Translations under genes and position numbers: made by a program
Source: the human T2T-CHM13v2.0 reference genome, Homo sapiens
Assembly: GCF_009914755.1 (NCBI RefSeq)
Contig: NC_060928.1
Reading direction: 5' to 3' (one strand)
Length of the DNA stretch: 64,000 nt
Notes under the pieces: model-generated
Database searches by the model: none
Seen by the model: the letters and a program-made list of their open reading frames with translations, nothing else
Told to the model about the DNA's origin: nothing
Shown: positions 1 through 16,065 of the stretch, in pieces
How the letters are laid out: each line of letters starts with the position of its first letter
Position numbering within the stretch: position 1 is the first letter of the stretch

Positions 1-76
1 TAAACCTTTGTTAAACCACTGAGATTCAGAGCTTGTTTGTTACTGCAGCAGAGCCTGGCCTATCCTGAGTGCTGCA
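1..76 (+). mobile_element. MLT1-family (MaLR) LTR, 3' end
   Basis: TAAACCTTTGTTAAACCACTGAGATT...TGTTTGTTACTGCAGCAGAGCCTGGCCTATCCTGA resembles the terminal segment of old MLT1 LTRs. Confidence 0.6.
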
Positions 77-384
77 GCTGCGAGACACGCAGGTACCTGG
101 TGTTGTGAAAGGCTATCAGAGGGCGGATGGGCTGCTGGCAGGGTAGAAAAATATCTCTGAAGATGTGAAAACAAAGCTGAGGTCTCAAGAAGATAGGTAG
201 GGGCCCCAAAGGAAGAGCATTCCAGAGTTTGGACTAGGGGTAGAAATGAAGGTGGAGAGATTTGTATGGATCAGCCTCGCTGAGCTCATTGGTACATGGG
301 GCTCATAGATTTGTTGAGAAGATGAGCAATAACAAGGCAGGGTGCCCAGCCTGGGGCCTAGAATGAAGTAAGTGCTCAATGCAT

Positions 385-590
385 AGCAGTAACTAGCAAT
401 ATGTGCCAGATACTGTGTTAAATGCTGCACATATAGGAACTCATTCAATTCCCACACAGTCCTATTCTTTAGGAACGATTATTATCCAGCTTACTAACTG
501 AAAGACAGGGAGGTTAAGTAACTTGGCCAAGGTCACTTAGTTACTGAGTGATGACACTTGGTTTTGGACTCCAAATCTATGCCACCTGAC
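385..590 (-). mobile_element. MIR SINE
   Basis: Reverse MIR core GAGGTTAAGTAACTTGGCCAAGGTCAC, preceded by TGTGCCAGATACTGTG. Confidence 0.75.
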
Positions 591-738
591 TTTCACTGTT
601 GGTTTTGTCATTACTAGGATTTTAGTCATAAAGGCAAAAGGCCTATCTTCCTCTCTCAAGCTATAACAGGAGCAACTGATTACCAATTTAAAGCTGTGTG
701 TGATGATGTACAACTACTTTTAAATCCCATTGATAGCC

Positions 739-1075
739 TGTATTAGTCAACTCTTGCCTGGTAATGCGGTGTAACAAACAACCACAATATTCGGAAGCAT
801 TCAACAATCAATATTTACTTCTTATGGGGGTAGAAGTCGTCTGGGGCAGTGCATTTGGGCTGGCCTCAGCTGGGCGGTTCTCCTTCAAGCTGGGAGTCTG
901 GTGGCTGAGCTTGGCTGGGATGGCTTTGCTCTCTGTATACTCATTTTTCGTTATCTCTGAAGGAACATCAACTACTTGGGGACTCTCTTCTCAGGGTGAT
1001 GGCAGAAATGCATAGAGAAGAAGTGCAAACCCATGATACATCTTCAGGCCTTGCCTGGAACTTGCAAGTGATTTG
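739..1075 (-). mobile_element. Old MLT1 (H/I-like) LTR
   Basis: Begins TGTATTAGTCAAC...TGTAACAAACAACCAC, the reverse-strand MLT1 terminus; internal CTGGCCTCAGCTGGGCGGTTCT. Confidence 0.6.
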
Positions 1076-1626
1076 CTCAAGGAGGCAGAGCTAGGAACTA
1101 CCAGGGCCAGATTCATACCCACGTCTGTTGGACTCCAACGCTGTAGAAAGCTCCACATCGTGCTGCCTTGCTTAGGTGGAGTATGATCCTTAGACGGCAT
1201 CCAGGACAGAGGTGGTCACATTACATACATTTATATATTATTACATTAATAAATATATAATTTATACATATACTTATTACATACATACACTTATGAATGT
1301 CTATGTTTCCATAAAATTGCTGGATGTGAAAGTACCCAGGATTATCTGAGCAGGGGGCGGCCATGGGAGGTACTGTGGACGGAGCATGGCCTTTGGCATC
1401 TAAAGCTCTTTGCACTTAATGTTTCATCTGGGAGACTGTATGGCTGTTCCTGGCTGAGAAATTTGACTTTGACACCACGGCTGCAAAAAGTCCTGCAGAC
1501 TTCAGCATCCTATGTTAATTTTTATCTAAGTGGTGTGTTAGCTGATGGGGTTACTCTAACAGCAGAACAAAGTACAGTGCTTATTTCTTTAAAGTTTTAC
1601 ACTTTTCATTTCCGTTTCATTCTCTT

Positions 1627-1801
1627 TCTTTGTCTTTTGTTTTGTTTTTGTTTTTGTTTTTGTTTTTGTTTTTTTCTCTTTGTGGAGAACAGGATCTCGC
1701 TATGTTGCCCAGGGTGGTCTCAAACCCCTGGGCTCAAGCTATCCTTCTGCTTCTGCCTCCCTAAATGCTAGGATCATAGGTGTGAGCCCCTGTGTCCAGC
1801 C
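1627..1801 (-). mobile_element. Alu monomer (FLAM-like) with (TTTTTG)n tail
   Basis: GGATCTCGCTATGTTGCCCAGGGTGGTCTCAAACCCCTGGGCTCAAG; single arm only. Confidence 0.85.
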
Positions 1802-1967
1802 TTTCCTTCGATTTCTGTTGATTGTCTCTCTTAATAGTTTCATTGGCTAAGTTAACTCAAGAGTGATTTCACTCAGTTGGCTTACTCATAGAATGGGAAT
1901 AGCATATCTACCCCACGGGCTTCTTGTGAAGATAAAATAAGACAATGTTTGCCCAGGGCAGGATGGG

Positions 1968-2356
1968 GATAGTAGTCTGCTGGGCCTCCCATGACAAAGT
2001 ACTACAGACTTGGGGGCTTAAACCATAGAAGTGTATTTTCTTACAATTCTGGAAGCTAAAAGTCTGAGATCAAGGTGTCCACAGGGTTGGTTTCTAATGA
2101 AGCCTGTCTCCTTGACTTGCAAACAGCCCCCTTCTCCCTGTGTCCTCACATGGTCTTCCCTCTGTGTGTCTGTGTCCCAAAATCCTCTCCTTATAAGGAC
2201 ACCAATCAGATTAGATTAGGGCCCACCCTAATGATATAATTTAACTTTAGTTACCTCTGTAAAGGCTCTATTTCCAAATACACCCACATTCTGAAGCCCT
2301 GGGGGTTAGGACTTCAACATATAGATTTTTTGGGGAACACAAGTCATCCCCTCACA
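1968..2356 (-). mobile_element. MLT1A0-like solo LTR
   Basis: TTCTGGAAGCTAAAAGTCTGAGATCAAGGTG...CTTATAAGGACACCAATCAGATT...GGTTAGGACTTCAACATAT; near full length. Confidence 0.85.
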
Positions 2357-2886
2357 GCAGGTGATGTGAAGTCATGAGCTCCACCCTGGCCCCTTAGTAG
2401 CCACATCCTTGATCAAGTCCCTTCCACTACTGGGTCTCAGTTTCCTCATCTGGGAGGTGGGATTGATCCTAGGGGCCGTCAGTGGAGGAGGCTCAAGGAA
2501 GTCCTGTAGCTTCCAGCAGAACAAGGGTGTCCTTCAGGCAGCTCCTCGTGAGCAGAGGGGCAGCTGTCCTTTTTCTGCCATGTTTCAGTTGGGGCTGTCT
2601 CTTCTGCATTCTCTGGCTGGAAGGGACCTCTGAGGTCAGGTCAGGTGGTCTAGGTGACAAGTGAGGGTGGTGATCAGTTGACCTCTGTGACAGCTGCCAC
2701 TCTCCTTCCCAGCCAGACTCTCCCAGCTATGCCTGTTTCAGGAGCAGGAATGGAGTGCAATGGATGGGAAGGCAGGAGAGCTAGAGGCCGAGGACCCAGC
2801 TGCAGACTTAACTCCCAGCCATTCATTTCCAGAGACAGGGCAAAGACCTTTATATTTTTTATTTCCTTCTTTTAACTTAAATGTCA

Positions 2887-3036
2887 TTATTATTATTATT
2901 ATTTGTTTTGTTTTGCTAAGAGATGAGTTTTCACTATGTTTGCCTAGGCTGGTCTCAAACTCCTGGCCTCAAGCGATCCTCCCGCCTCAGCCTCCCAAGT
3001 AGCTGGGATTAAAGGTGTGAGTTACTGAGCCTGGCT
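2887..3036 (-). mobile_element. Alu monomer (FLAM-like)
   Basis: GGCTGGTCTCAAACTCCTGGCCTCAAGCGATCCTCCCGCCTCAGCCTCCCAAG; AACTTAAA repeated on both flanks. Confidence 0.85.
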
Positions 3037-3831
3037 AAACTTAAACATTTTTGTGAAAATAGCTAATATAGTCACATAAAGCAAAATCAAAAAAGTCTAA
3101 GCAAATGTACAGTGAAAACTTTCTCTGTAACTCTCTCCCCAGCCTCCGCATTCCTTTCCCAGAAGGCTTCCAGTGTTCCAAGTTTCTCATGTATCCTTTG
3201 AGAGATGGGTTCTGTGCACACAAGCCAATATACGGCTATAGTCTTTTCTTCCCCTTCTCCCCTTCTGCTGTGCACTTTGATTTTCCTGCCTAACTCTCCA
3301 TCCTGGAGGTGGCGGGAGACCAGCTCATGAACTTCCTTTATTCTGGTTGTCACTGCGCCTTTATCAGATGCCAGTGTGGGCTATACTGCAATTTAGTATC
3401 GATGCCTTATTGACAGACATGGTTGTTTCTAATATTTGGGGCATTACCTTAAAACTCTCCTGCCTCAATTTCCTCATCTATGAAGAATGCAGAACAGAGC
3501 CTGGCACAAGACATTCAATAAATATTGAAGAGTAATATATAAAGAGTAGCTCTTTTGGTCATTATTCTCCCTCTTTTTTCCATTTTATTAATTCATTCAC
3601 GCATACTCTGAGCCTACGTGCATGCTGTTCTCTCTTTCCTTCCATGCTGTTCCCCTTTCCCCTCCCTTCTATACCCTCTTCCTTGGGTTGCCCAGCCATA
3701 TGGTGTTTTAGTGCCTTGTCCTTCCCCTAATCGAAAGCACAAGAAGCAAAAGCACACTGAGCAGATAGCAATGAACTAATTGACAAAAATAAATAAGCAA
3801 GCCAACCAGACATTCATGTTATCAGGTTATT

Positions 3832-4351
<520 letters not shown>

Positions 4352-4694
4352 CTAAGGCAAGGACATTAAGCAGATCAAGAGAGTGGAAATGGGAAGATAT
4401 TTTTGAAGAAAGTTGTTGGTGTACAGGGCTGGGGATTGGGAAATGCTCTGTACAAATCCCAAACCTGGTTAAAAAAAAGGCACCCAAAGGATCATCGGAG
4501 GGCTTGCTGTGTGCCCTGTAGCTGGGCACAGGGCAGTGGTGCCTGCCTCTTGGTGAAGGCAGCTGAAGGGGCCTGTGGCAGCAGCATACGGGGGGTCACC
4601 TGTAAATATGCATCAGGTGCAGAGAGCAAGAAGCCATCTGACAGCAGCACCCATCACAGGAATATTTTTCTGGTTTTCTTCCCTCTCCTCCCTC

Positions 4695-4989
4695 TTTTTT
4701 TTTTGAGATGGAGTCTCACTCTGTTGCCCAGGCTGGAGTACAGTGGCGGCTCAATCTTGGCTCATTGCAACCTCTACCTCCTGAGTTCAAGTGATTCTCC
4801 TGCCTCAGCCTCCTGAGTAGCTGGGATTACAGGCACTCACCACCATGCCCAGCTAATTTTTGTATTTTTAGTAGAGATGAGATTTCGCCATGTTGGTCAG
4901 CCTGGTTTCGAACTCCTGACCGCAAGTGATCTACCCGCCTTGGCCTCCCAAAGTGCTGAGATTACAAGCGTGAACCACTGTGTCTGGCC
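4695..4989 (-). mobile_element. AluS, full length
   Basis: Poly(T) then GAGATGGAGTCTCACTCTGTTGCCCAGGCTGG through ...GTCTGGCC. Confidence 0.95.
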
Positions 4990-4994
4990 CCTCC

Positions 4995-5355
4995 CCCTAC
5001 TTTAACCCTGGTGGGGTCAGGAAGAACAGCCAGCATGGGAGAAAGGGAGAGGGCAAAGGAGGATGGATTCCTCTTCCTGGGCAGGTGCCCCATCTGGAGC
5101 CAGCCTGGGCTAGGGAGAAGAAAATTCCAAGTTTAAATTGAGCTCTGAGTTTTGGTTATTACCAAATTGGGACTGGCTATTTCATGCCGAATTGAAACCA
5201 GGATTATGGCTTAGAGTGATGGCAGAACTTTCTATTGCCTAAGAAGGAGCAGGAGAGTTGTGGAACTACGGAGTTTTCACCGGGACAGGGGATCAAGGGC
5301 AGGCAGGCAGGGACTTCAAGAAACAAAACTGCAGCTGCTTTTCTGATTACACCAC
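4995..5355 (+). mobile_element. Probable ancient LTR fragment (LTR78/LTR79-like)
   Basis: TTATGGCTTAGAGTGATGGCAGAACTTTCTATTGCCTAAGA...TGATTACACCAC resembles my recollection of an old LTR; family uncertain. Confidence 0.35.
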
Positions 5356-5434
5356 AGGAATCCTCTGTGTTCAAAACTCTGGTTACATAATTTACATGAA
5401 CGTGCTCAGGTCTTTCATTAAAATGCGTGTCCTT

Positions 5435-5550
5435 CTTCAGGCTCCCTGCTCCATGGGGGCAGGGGTTAAGTCTGCATCGCTCCCCATTTCATCCCCAGGG
5501 CCTGGAGCATAGCAGATGCTCGGCAGCGTTTACCGAGTGAATGGATGAAA
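5435..5550 (+). mobile_element. L2 3' end
   Basis: CTCCATGGGGGCAGGG...ATCCCCAGGGCCTGGAGCATAGCAGATGCTC...GTGAATGGATGAA. Confidence 0.6.
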
Positions 5551-6057
5551 CCAGGGGCAGCCTAGATGTCCAGCCACGGGAGAGTTCATTTCTCATTGTA
5601 AATTAACACTTGGTATCTCAACCACATGCTTCGGTCCCTTGGGACTGTAAGGAATGTGCAGGCTGCTGGGAGGCCAGTCAGTTGTGGGGTCTACTGACTG
5701 GCTCATGGGTCTGGATGCCTCTAAGGTGGAGGCCTGGGTGAGTGGCAGGTGCCTTCTGGCAGGACCTGCCTCAGTGCTCAGGTGTGCTGCTTGCCTTGGG
5801 CAAAAATGAACCAAAACTTTCTTCCATGAGGAAGAAAGCGGAGCCTCGAGAGGAAAGTCCAGGCAGATCTCGGCTCCACCACTGACCCTCTGTCTGACTC
5901 AGCTTCCATAGTTGTAAAACAAAAGGGTTTTATGACATCCACCTAAGGGGAGCAATGGGAAGCAGGGGTTGTCCCAGGTTCAGGTCTGAGCTTCTGTTCC
6001 ATGCACTGGCTAGAGTGTGATGACCCTGGGCAGGTCACTAAAATAGTAAATAACCCT

Positions 6058-6249
6058 TATTTATTACTACCTACTGTATGCCAGGGGTGTTTAGTGCTTT
6101 TTATATAGAGATATTAACTCATATACTCTTTACAACAGCAGTATGAAGTCGGCCACTTCATTTTACAGTTGAGGAAATGGAGGCACAGAGAGGTTAAGCA
6201 ACTTGTTCAAGGTCACACAGCTAATAGTGATAAAGCTGATATAGGAACC
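6058..6249 (-). mobile_element. MIR SINE
   Basis: CATTTTACAGTTGAGGAAATGGAGGCACAGAGAGGTTAAGCAACTTGTTCAAGGTCACACAGCTA core. Confidence 0.85.
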
Positions 6250-6530
6250 TGTATCAATGTACTTGGGCTGCCATAACAAAATGTCACAGACTGGGTGGCT
6301 TAAACATCAGAAATTTATTTTCTCACTGTTCTGGAGGCTGGAAAGTCCAAGATCAAGGTGTCAGCACAGTTGGTGTCTCCTGAGGTCTCTTTCCTTGGCT
6401 TGCAGATGGCTGCCTTCTTGCTGCATTCTCACATGGTCCTTCTCCTGTGCATCACACTCCTGGCATCTTCCTATTCTCACAAGGACACCAGTTCTATTGC
6501 ATCAGGGCCTTGCCCTTATGGCTTCATTTG
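6250..6530 (-). mobile_element. MLT1A0-like LTR (partial)
   Basis: GGGCTGCCATAACAAAATGTCACAGACTGGGTGGCTTAAAC...TTCTGGAGGCTGGAAAGTCCAAGATCAAGGTG. Confidence 0.85.
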
Positions 6531-8771
6531 CTTCCTTCCAGGCTCCCAAGTTTCAATTTTATCATGTATAAAAAGATAATTGTGATGATATCTACATCAG
6601 AGAGCTGTCAGAGGATAAAATGAGACAACATACAAAGGCCTTTTAAAACAATAGGACACTATTGTTACATGAAGATATTAAACAAATAAACCTCATAACC
6701 CCCAGAGTTTGAAGACATGAGGGTTGACGCTGGGGACCACATATTGGCTGGCTCAGTTGGAAAGACACTCTTTTTAATTGTCTCCTGACAGAATTCACAA
6801 GTTAACCCTCCTTGAGATGTCTATCACCCCTTGTCCATCCCTCCCCATCATCCTTGCTGTATTAGGCCATCTCCCACTGCTTGTTTGAGACTCAGTTCAA
6901 GTGTTGCCTCCTACAGGAAGGCCTCCTGGGTTTTCCTGGACTGAGTGGTTACCTTCGTTTTCACACAGCCTCCTGTTAGCCTTAGCACACACCACAGGTA
7001 CTAGACAGCCTGCTACTTTTCAGCCTTTCCCAGACTGAAGCTCCTGGGTGGGCATGATTTTATCTTATTCTGCTTGTGCCGCACTGGGCACACAGCGTGT
7101 GGTCAAGTGAAATGTTTGGGGAAATGGATTGAATTTCTTATTTTCCAAAATACTTTTTCCTTTCACTTTTCCAGCTTTCATCCTTTATCTCGCACCCCCG
7201 CCCCGCCATTTTTTCTTTCTACATTTCTAAACATTTTTCTGATTTCAAAGCATAGCATGCCCTTCCTAAAAAAATTGGCAAATTTGAAAAAAAAAATCAC
7301 ATGTAAAATAAAAATCTGTGATTCCACTACCTGGATGTTTTTCCTTTACACAAAGTTCCATCCAATCATTTTCCCCTGTATGTATGTGTGTTTATATAGC
7401 TATATCTACATCTATATAATACATATATGTATGTGTGTACATAAGTGCATGTATGTAAGTGTATATATTGGTGATAATAATCACATAACTACATGCGCAA
7501 TTTTGCCGCTTTTTCCTTTTCTTCACTTCTTATCAAACACATTCTCATGTCATTAAAATACCTTTGTAAACACCAACTTCCATGACAGCTGCACATTCTG
7601 TTGTTTGTGATATCGTTGATTTTCCCCTCTCTGTTTCTGAGGGCTCCTTCATAAACCACCTGTGGGTTCCCATCGTGTTCCTGCGTTCCCTCCTCCCTGG
7701 CTCCACGCTCCTTCAACATCTCTCCCTTCAAGCAGATGAGTCACTTCTTCCATAGCTTACAAATTGGTCTGGGCACTTTGTTCCTGGAGAATCACAGAAT
7801 TTCACGTCCACAGATTCTTTCATCTTGAGGAACTCAAAGGCCTTTTTAAAGATGGAGACAGCTCCCCGGAGACTTACCTTGCCTGGGACCCTCGTCTTTA
7901 TTCATCCCTAGTGCTTCCATCAAGTGAGCAGGTGTATAACATAGACAGCCCCATTTATGGATGGAAACACCAAGGCCCAGAGTGACTGTTTGCTTTTCCC
8001 GAGAAGTGGACTGTTGCTTTCCAGTTGGCTGATGCCCGCGTCTGCTAGGCTTTCATTAAGGATCACACCACCGTCTTTGCTTTTCCTTTCAGTCTAAACA
8101 AAGCCTAAAATAAAGTGCCTCCGAACACTGCATTCTTTCTAACGATTTCAAGAGGGCAGCCCAAACAACCTCTAGAGAGGCAGCTCCCTGGTTCGTTGCA
8201 ATGTGAGCTCTCCCACTGCCTCCGATGTCTGCTTCCCTGTCTCCCCATTTCTCATCCCCACTCCTGCTGTCGTCCAGCTGTCTCCTCTCCCTGGAGTCGT
8301 TTCTCCTTTTTCCCTGACTAAATTCTTAACCTCTGAGACTCCTCTCCCAGGTCGCTTCCTCTGGAGGCCTTTTATCCTCTCCGAGTTGGAGTTCAGGGCC
8401 TCTCCCTTGGTTGGCTCTGCCCGTACTCAATCCTCCTGTCTGTGCTCACATCTCCACCAGGGTCGGCAAAGACTGTGAAAACAGGAGGAGAAATGTCCTG
8501 CTCGTGTCTATACTCCCGTTGCCTAGCACGGTGCCTGGGGGATGCTAAGCACACGAGTGTGTCCGAATGAAGCCCCTCAGTCACAGCTATCTACCATGTG
8601 GATTTTTGTGACATAAAATGAAAAAAGAGACGAGGGGAGATAGGAACTTTAGGAGAGGAGAAGGCAAGATTAAATCAAATTGCGACAATTATCCATACAC
8701 AAGACATCGGGCTGACTCCACCTTCTGGACCCCCGTGCCAGTTACCGTCCTCATTTTAAAAGGGTACTTGG

Positions 8772-9102
<331 letters not shown>

Positions 9103-9311
9103 CTATCCATGTCATATGCATTGATCCCAGTGAAGCAGTCCTCCTCCATTCTCCAGCCTGGCCGCCTCTGGGCACCCTTTTCCAGGTGGTGCCACTGGGA
9201 CACCATGACCATGTGAAGCTGTGCGCAGACAGCCAGAGGCCTCCCCCTGGAGCACCAGACTCCATTGCCTCTTGCTCTCGGGCTTTCCTCACTCAGGTGT
9301 TCACCAAGTAT

Positions 9312-9868
9312 TGCAGAGAGCTTCCGAAGATGACCTCAATGATTTCCTCCTCCTGGTAGTCACACCGTTGTGTAAGCCCCTGCCCTTGACTGTGGGCTGG
9401 ACCTAGTGAATCATTTCTAACCATAGAATATGGCAAAAATGATGGGATGTCACTTCTGTGGTTAGGTTCGAAAAAGGCCATGGTTTCTGTCTTGCTAGCA
9501 GATTCTTTCTATTGACTTCTTGGCTTGCATCCTTTGATGAAACCAGCAGGAGGCCCATGTGGCAAGAAACTGAAGGTGACTTTCAGCCAAAAATCAGTGA
9601 GGAACCGGAGCCCCCATTCAGCAGCCACATGAAACTGAACGCTGCCAACAGCCACTGAGTGAGTGGACCCTTCCCCCTTAGAGTCTTCCCATGACATCAC
9701 AGCCCCTGGACTGACACAGCTTGATGGCATCAGCCAGAGACCGTGAAGCAGAGCACCCAGATAAGCTGTGCTTGGACTTCTGACCCACAGAAACCACGAG
9801 ATAATAACTGTTGTTTCAAGCCACTAAGTTTTGGGGTAATCTCCTACACCATGATCAATAACTCACAC
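9312..9868 (+). mobile_element. MLT1E-like solo LTR
   Basis: CCCTTGACTGTGGGCTGGACCTAGTGA...GATGGGATGTCACTTC...CAAGCCACTAAGTTTTGGGGTAAT...TAACTCACACA. Confidence 0.8.
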
Positions 9869-9899
9869 AGCACCCACTCTCCCACTCTGTGCCATTGTC

Positions 9900-10692
<793 letters not shown>

Positions 10693-10832
10693 GCCATTCA
10701 CTATGCAAAGCCCTGGGGCTACAGGTGAACCTGACATAATTAATTCCATAACACGACACTCACACTCTAGTGATGGAGACAGAAAGTTAGAAAGTAATGT
10801 CACTACAATGTACCTGTCTGTTAGACCCCACT

Positions 10833-11368
<536 letters not shown>

Positions 11369-11822
11369 GCCTCTGGGGACCCTCACCCACTCTGATGGCT
11401 TTGCCCACCAGCTGCTTGGGCAAAAACCTCTCAGATCCATTCAGTCAGCTAAGCCTGAGCTTTATAGCTCAAGCCACCCTGAGGCATTCTCCCAGCAGTG
11501 CCTCAGGACCTCCCGCTCAACACTTTTTCCTTCCCTAAACCAGCTCTTCACCCTGGGTGTTCCCTTTGTTAAATGATATCACTGTCCACCCAGTGGCCCA
11601 AGGCAGACATGTGCTGCTCTGTGGAGTAAAATGCCCCTGAGTGTTGAAGAAAATAAGTGAGAATGAGGCACATTTGGTAATCCTGTCGCCAGAAGGCTGG
11701 CCCAGGGGAAGGCATGTCTGGGCTCAGGGTCTGAGGGATAGCACCTACCTAAGTGACTCCAGGCAGTAAATGTGATGTAGGGACCTTGGAACTGGCCCCA
11801 AAGTCTGATCTCGATGGCAAGG

Positions 11823-12632
<810 letters not shown>

Positions 12633-12676
12633 AATTAACCATCACACAAAGTGGGAAGGAAAGTGGAAACATGTCA

Positions 12677-13045
<369 letters not shown>

Positions 13046-13146
13046 TCAGAGGTGAGGCTTTGAGTGCACATGTGGCCTGGAGCTCCCTCTGCCTCTTTCT
13101 TTTGGGGGTTCCCCTTTTGCATGGCACCTGTTGCTCACAGGATGGT

Positions 13147-13600
13147 ATCTAAATTTAAATTCCCTCCAAACAGATCCTGAGACAAGGATTGGTTCAAGCA
13201 GTTTATTTGGTGATGATCCAGAAAGCACAGGGAAGGAAAGGAAAGTGAGGCAAGAAGGGAGGGAAAGTCAATCAAGGGGGGAGATGGTCAGGTCTTCAGT
13301 CTTCGCTGAGGGCAACCAGGGCTCAGCCCCCTGGGAGCCTCTGCAGGAGGATGTGGAGGTGCAGCTCAGAACTGTCCCATGCAGAGTGAGGAGCATAGCG
13401 TGTTTATCCCCCAACTCTTTTCCCTCATTGGTTGAGGGTCACTCCTAGGATGTTCACTTCCTGGCACTTCCGACTTGCTCTGTGTGCCAAGCCAAACAAG
13501 CCCCTGCAGCCAGAGAGAGGGGAGCTCATGGCTTGTTTGAGAGTGATCTGCAGTGAGCTCTGGGCCGTGGAATGCTGCGGGCCAGGCATTGATTGCTCCT
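13147..13600 (-). mobile_element. LTR16-family ERVL LTR
   Basis: CAGATCCTGAGACAAGGATT...CAGTTTATTTGGTGATGATCCAGAAAGCAC...CCCTCATTGGTTGAGGGT. Confidence 0.75.
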
Positions 13601-13769
13601 AAAGGCTGGCCGCCTTCCCTTTGGTGCAACCAGTCTGTGGGAATGCCTACCTACTCAACCTTGATGGTGGGAAGTGAGGGGGGCACACCTCTTCTCCTCG
13701 GGTCACTAAATGGCTTCTGGGGTCGTGCCATGGCCAGGAGCAGGAATAGTGCAGGCTGAGAGGAGACTC

Positions 13770-13930
13770 ACCAGCTTTGAGTTGACAGACCTAGATTTAA
13801 ATTCTGGAATCACCTCTGGAAAGCCTGTTGCAATTTCCTTATTTTTGGAGCCTCGGTTTTCTCCTGTGTGAGGTGGGGCTAGGCCCAGCATCTGCTCTGC
13901 AGGCCTGTTGTGAGAATCACAATGGATCCC
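13770..13930 (+). mobile_element. MIR SINE
   Basis: GACAGACCTAGATTTAAATTCTGG...GAGCCTCGGTTTTCTCCTGTGTGAGGTGGGG...GTTGTGAGAAT. Confidence 0.7.
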
Positions 13931-15154
13931 CATCAGCCCCTGTCCCCTAGTGGTTGTTGATGAATAGCAACAGGGATTGGAGGATTCTGCTGACTCAGTG
14001 GCTTCCCCCTGCCAGCCCTGACCTTGGCCTGAGGGCTTCCCCCAGTTCCCAGCTCCTGCTGCCGCTCAGCTCTAACTCTCCTTCCTTCGCGTCTGTTTAA
14101 AGTGGGCCTTCCAGGGTAAAAAGTCCATTCTGTGCAGGCTGCAGGAATCACCACGTCTGCTGGACAAGGACATCAATGTCTTTGAAGTGTCCTGGCTGGC
14201 AGAATTCCCTGCCGTTTTGCAGCAGCATGGTTCTCTCTTCTCAGCTCATGGAATGACAAGCTTGCAGGAGGCCTCAGTGGCCTTGGCAGCTGGCCAGTGT
14301 TTAGACAGTTTCTTGTACTGTTTTAATAAGAGGCATGGTGGAACTGGGCCTTTGCCTCATTACCTCTCCTGTGACTGGGCAGCCTGGCAGCATGGAAGCC
14401 CGTCATCTGGAGCTGCGTGCAAAGCTCCCCTCAGCTCCTGAAGAAGCTTTATAGGTGAGGAACCTTCCAGAAAGCACCAGGGCTCTCTGTGCCCTCCCTT
14501 TTTTTGTAGGCAGTTTTCTTTTGAATTGCCTTTTTGGGCTTCTGAGCCTCCAGGATGGCTTTGGAAAACATTTGCCCTGGAATGTTATCTCTCACCAACA
14601 TCCATAAACCATAAACCATAAAAGAGACAGAATGGCCCTCACATGTTATTTTGGAGACTTAGAGAGATTAAGTGACTTTTGCCCAGTTGCACAACCAGTT
14701 AGTGACAGAATCAGAGCTAGACCTTAAGTTTGCTGACTTCAAGTCTTCCAGTATCTGGGTTGTGTTAGAGTCCAGGTGAGGGTGAGACTCACCTGAACCC
14801 ACCTTCCTATCTTTTGAGGATTCATGAGATGAAGACTGACTGAGGCAGCACCACATGTAGCTCAAGCCAGAAACAAAGGTGTTACCTCCCTTCCCTACCC
14901 CAGACCCCCAAGCACAGGGCAGGGTCTGTGGGTGGTATAATCTAGTTTCTGTGCTACAAGTTTAGGAAGCAATAAATGACACCAGGGAACTTAAAAAGAG
15001 GGAGGAGCATAGTGAAAAGGGCCAGAATCTCTCAGTCTTGGGCCTAATTAACTGTGTGATCTTGAACAAGTCACTTCCCTACTTCAGGCTTCTGGTCACT
15101 TGAAGAGGAATGGGTGGATTGAGCTGGCCACCTCCTTGTAGTTCTGGAATTCTG

Positions 15155-15477
15155 TCCATCCATTCCCTCATCCATCCTTCCATCCATGCATGTATCCATC
15201 CATCCATCCATCCATCCATCCATCCATCCACCCTTCCATGTAGGTATCAAGCCATCCATCCATATTTCCATCCATCTACCCATCCATCCATCCATCCATC
15301 CATTCATCCATCCACCCACCCACCCATCCATCCATCCATCCATCCACCCACCCATCCATGCATGTATACATGCATCCATCCATCTGCTCATCCATCTCTC
15401 CATTCACTCATCTATCCTTCCATCCATCTATCTTTCTATCCATTCACCTACCCATCCGTTAACCCACCTATCCATCC
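15155..15477. repeat. Degenerate (TCCA)n tetranucleotide array
   Basis: About 320 bp of CATC/CACC units; source of the HPSI- and MDGW-repeat ORFs. Confidence 0.95.
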
Positions 15478-15869
15478 CCTGTGCCATCCCCCAGTGTTTG
15501 CATCAGAAAACAGATTAAGAAGCCTATAGCTAGGTCTCCATAGTTGAGGAGCTTACAGTTTTGTCCGAGGTCAGTGGGCCAGGATTCCATCCCAAAGCTG
15601 CCTGAACCCTGAAGCCACTAGGCTTCAAGGTACCTTGACCTTTGGACCCTTCCTGCTTCCATGAGCTGTCAGATCATAAACCATTCTTCTGCCCTACTCT
15701 GTGTCCCATGCAGGGATCCCACTCCACATGCATTTCCACTTCGCATGCTCATGCCAATCTTGTGACATGGGGCTTTCTCTACCCACTTAAAAGAGGAGAA
15801 GACTGAAGCTCTGAGAGACAGAGAGCTTAGTCCAGGGCCTCATTTGTGACATCTGTCCTGTGCTCCCAC

Positions 15870-16065
15870 TGTAATTCTGATGCCTGGTTCAGATCTTGGC
15901 TCTGCATCTTGGGAAAGTTACTTCCTTCCCTAAGTCTCTGTTTCCTCAACTGTGAAATGGGATAATAACAGTCCCCATCTCATCAGATTGTTGTGGGCAT
16001 TATATGGTATAAGGCATGTGAATGGCATATTGTAAACACCCAAATGTTGGTCATCACAATCATTA
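15870..16065 (+). mobile_element. MIR SINE
   Basis: AAGTTACTTCCTTCCCTAAGTCTCTGTTTCCTCAACTGTGAAATGGGATAATAACAGT. Confidence 0.8.

Noticed and set aside
15071-15529. HPSI- and MDGW-repeat ORFs
   Set aside because: Translations of the (TCCA)n microsatellite.
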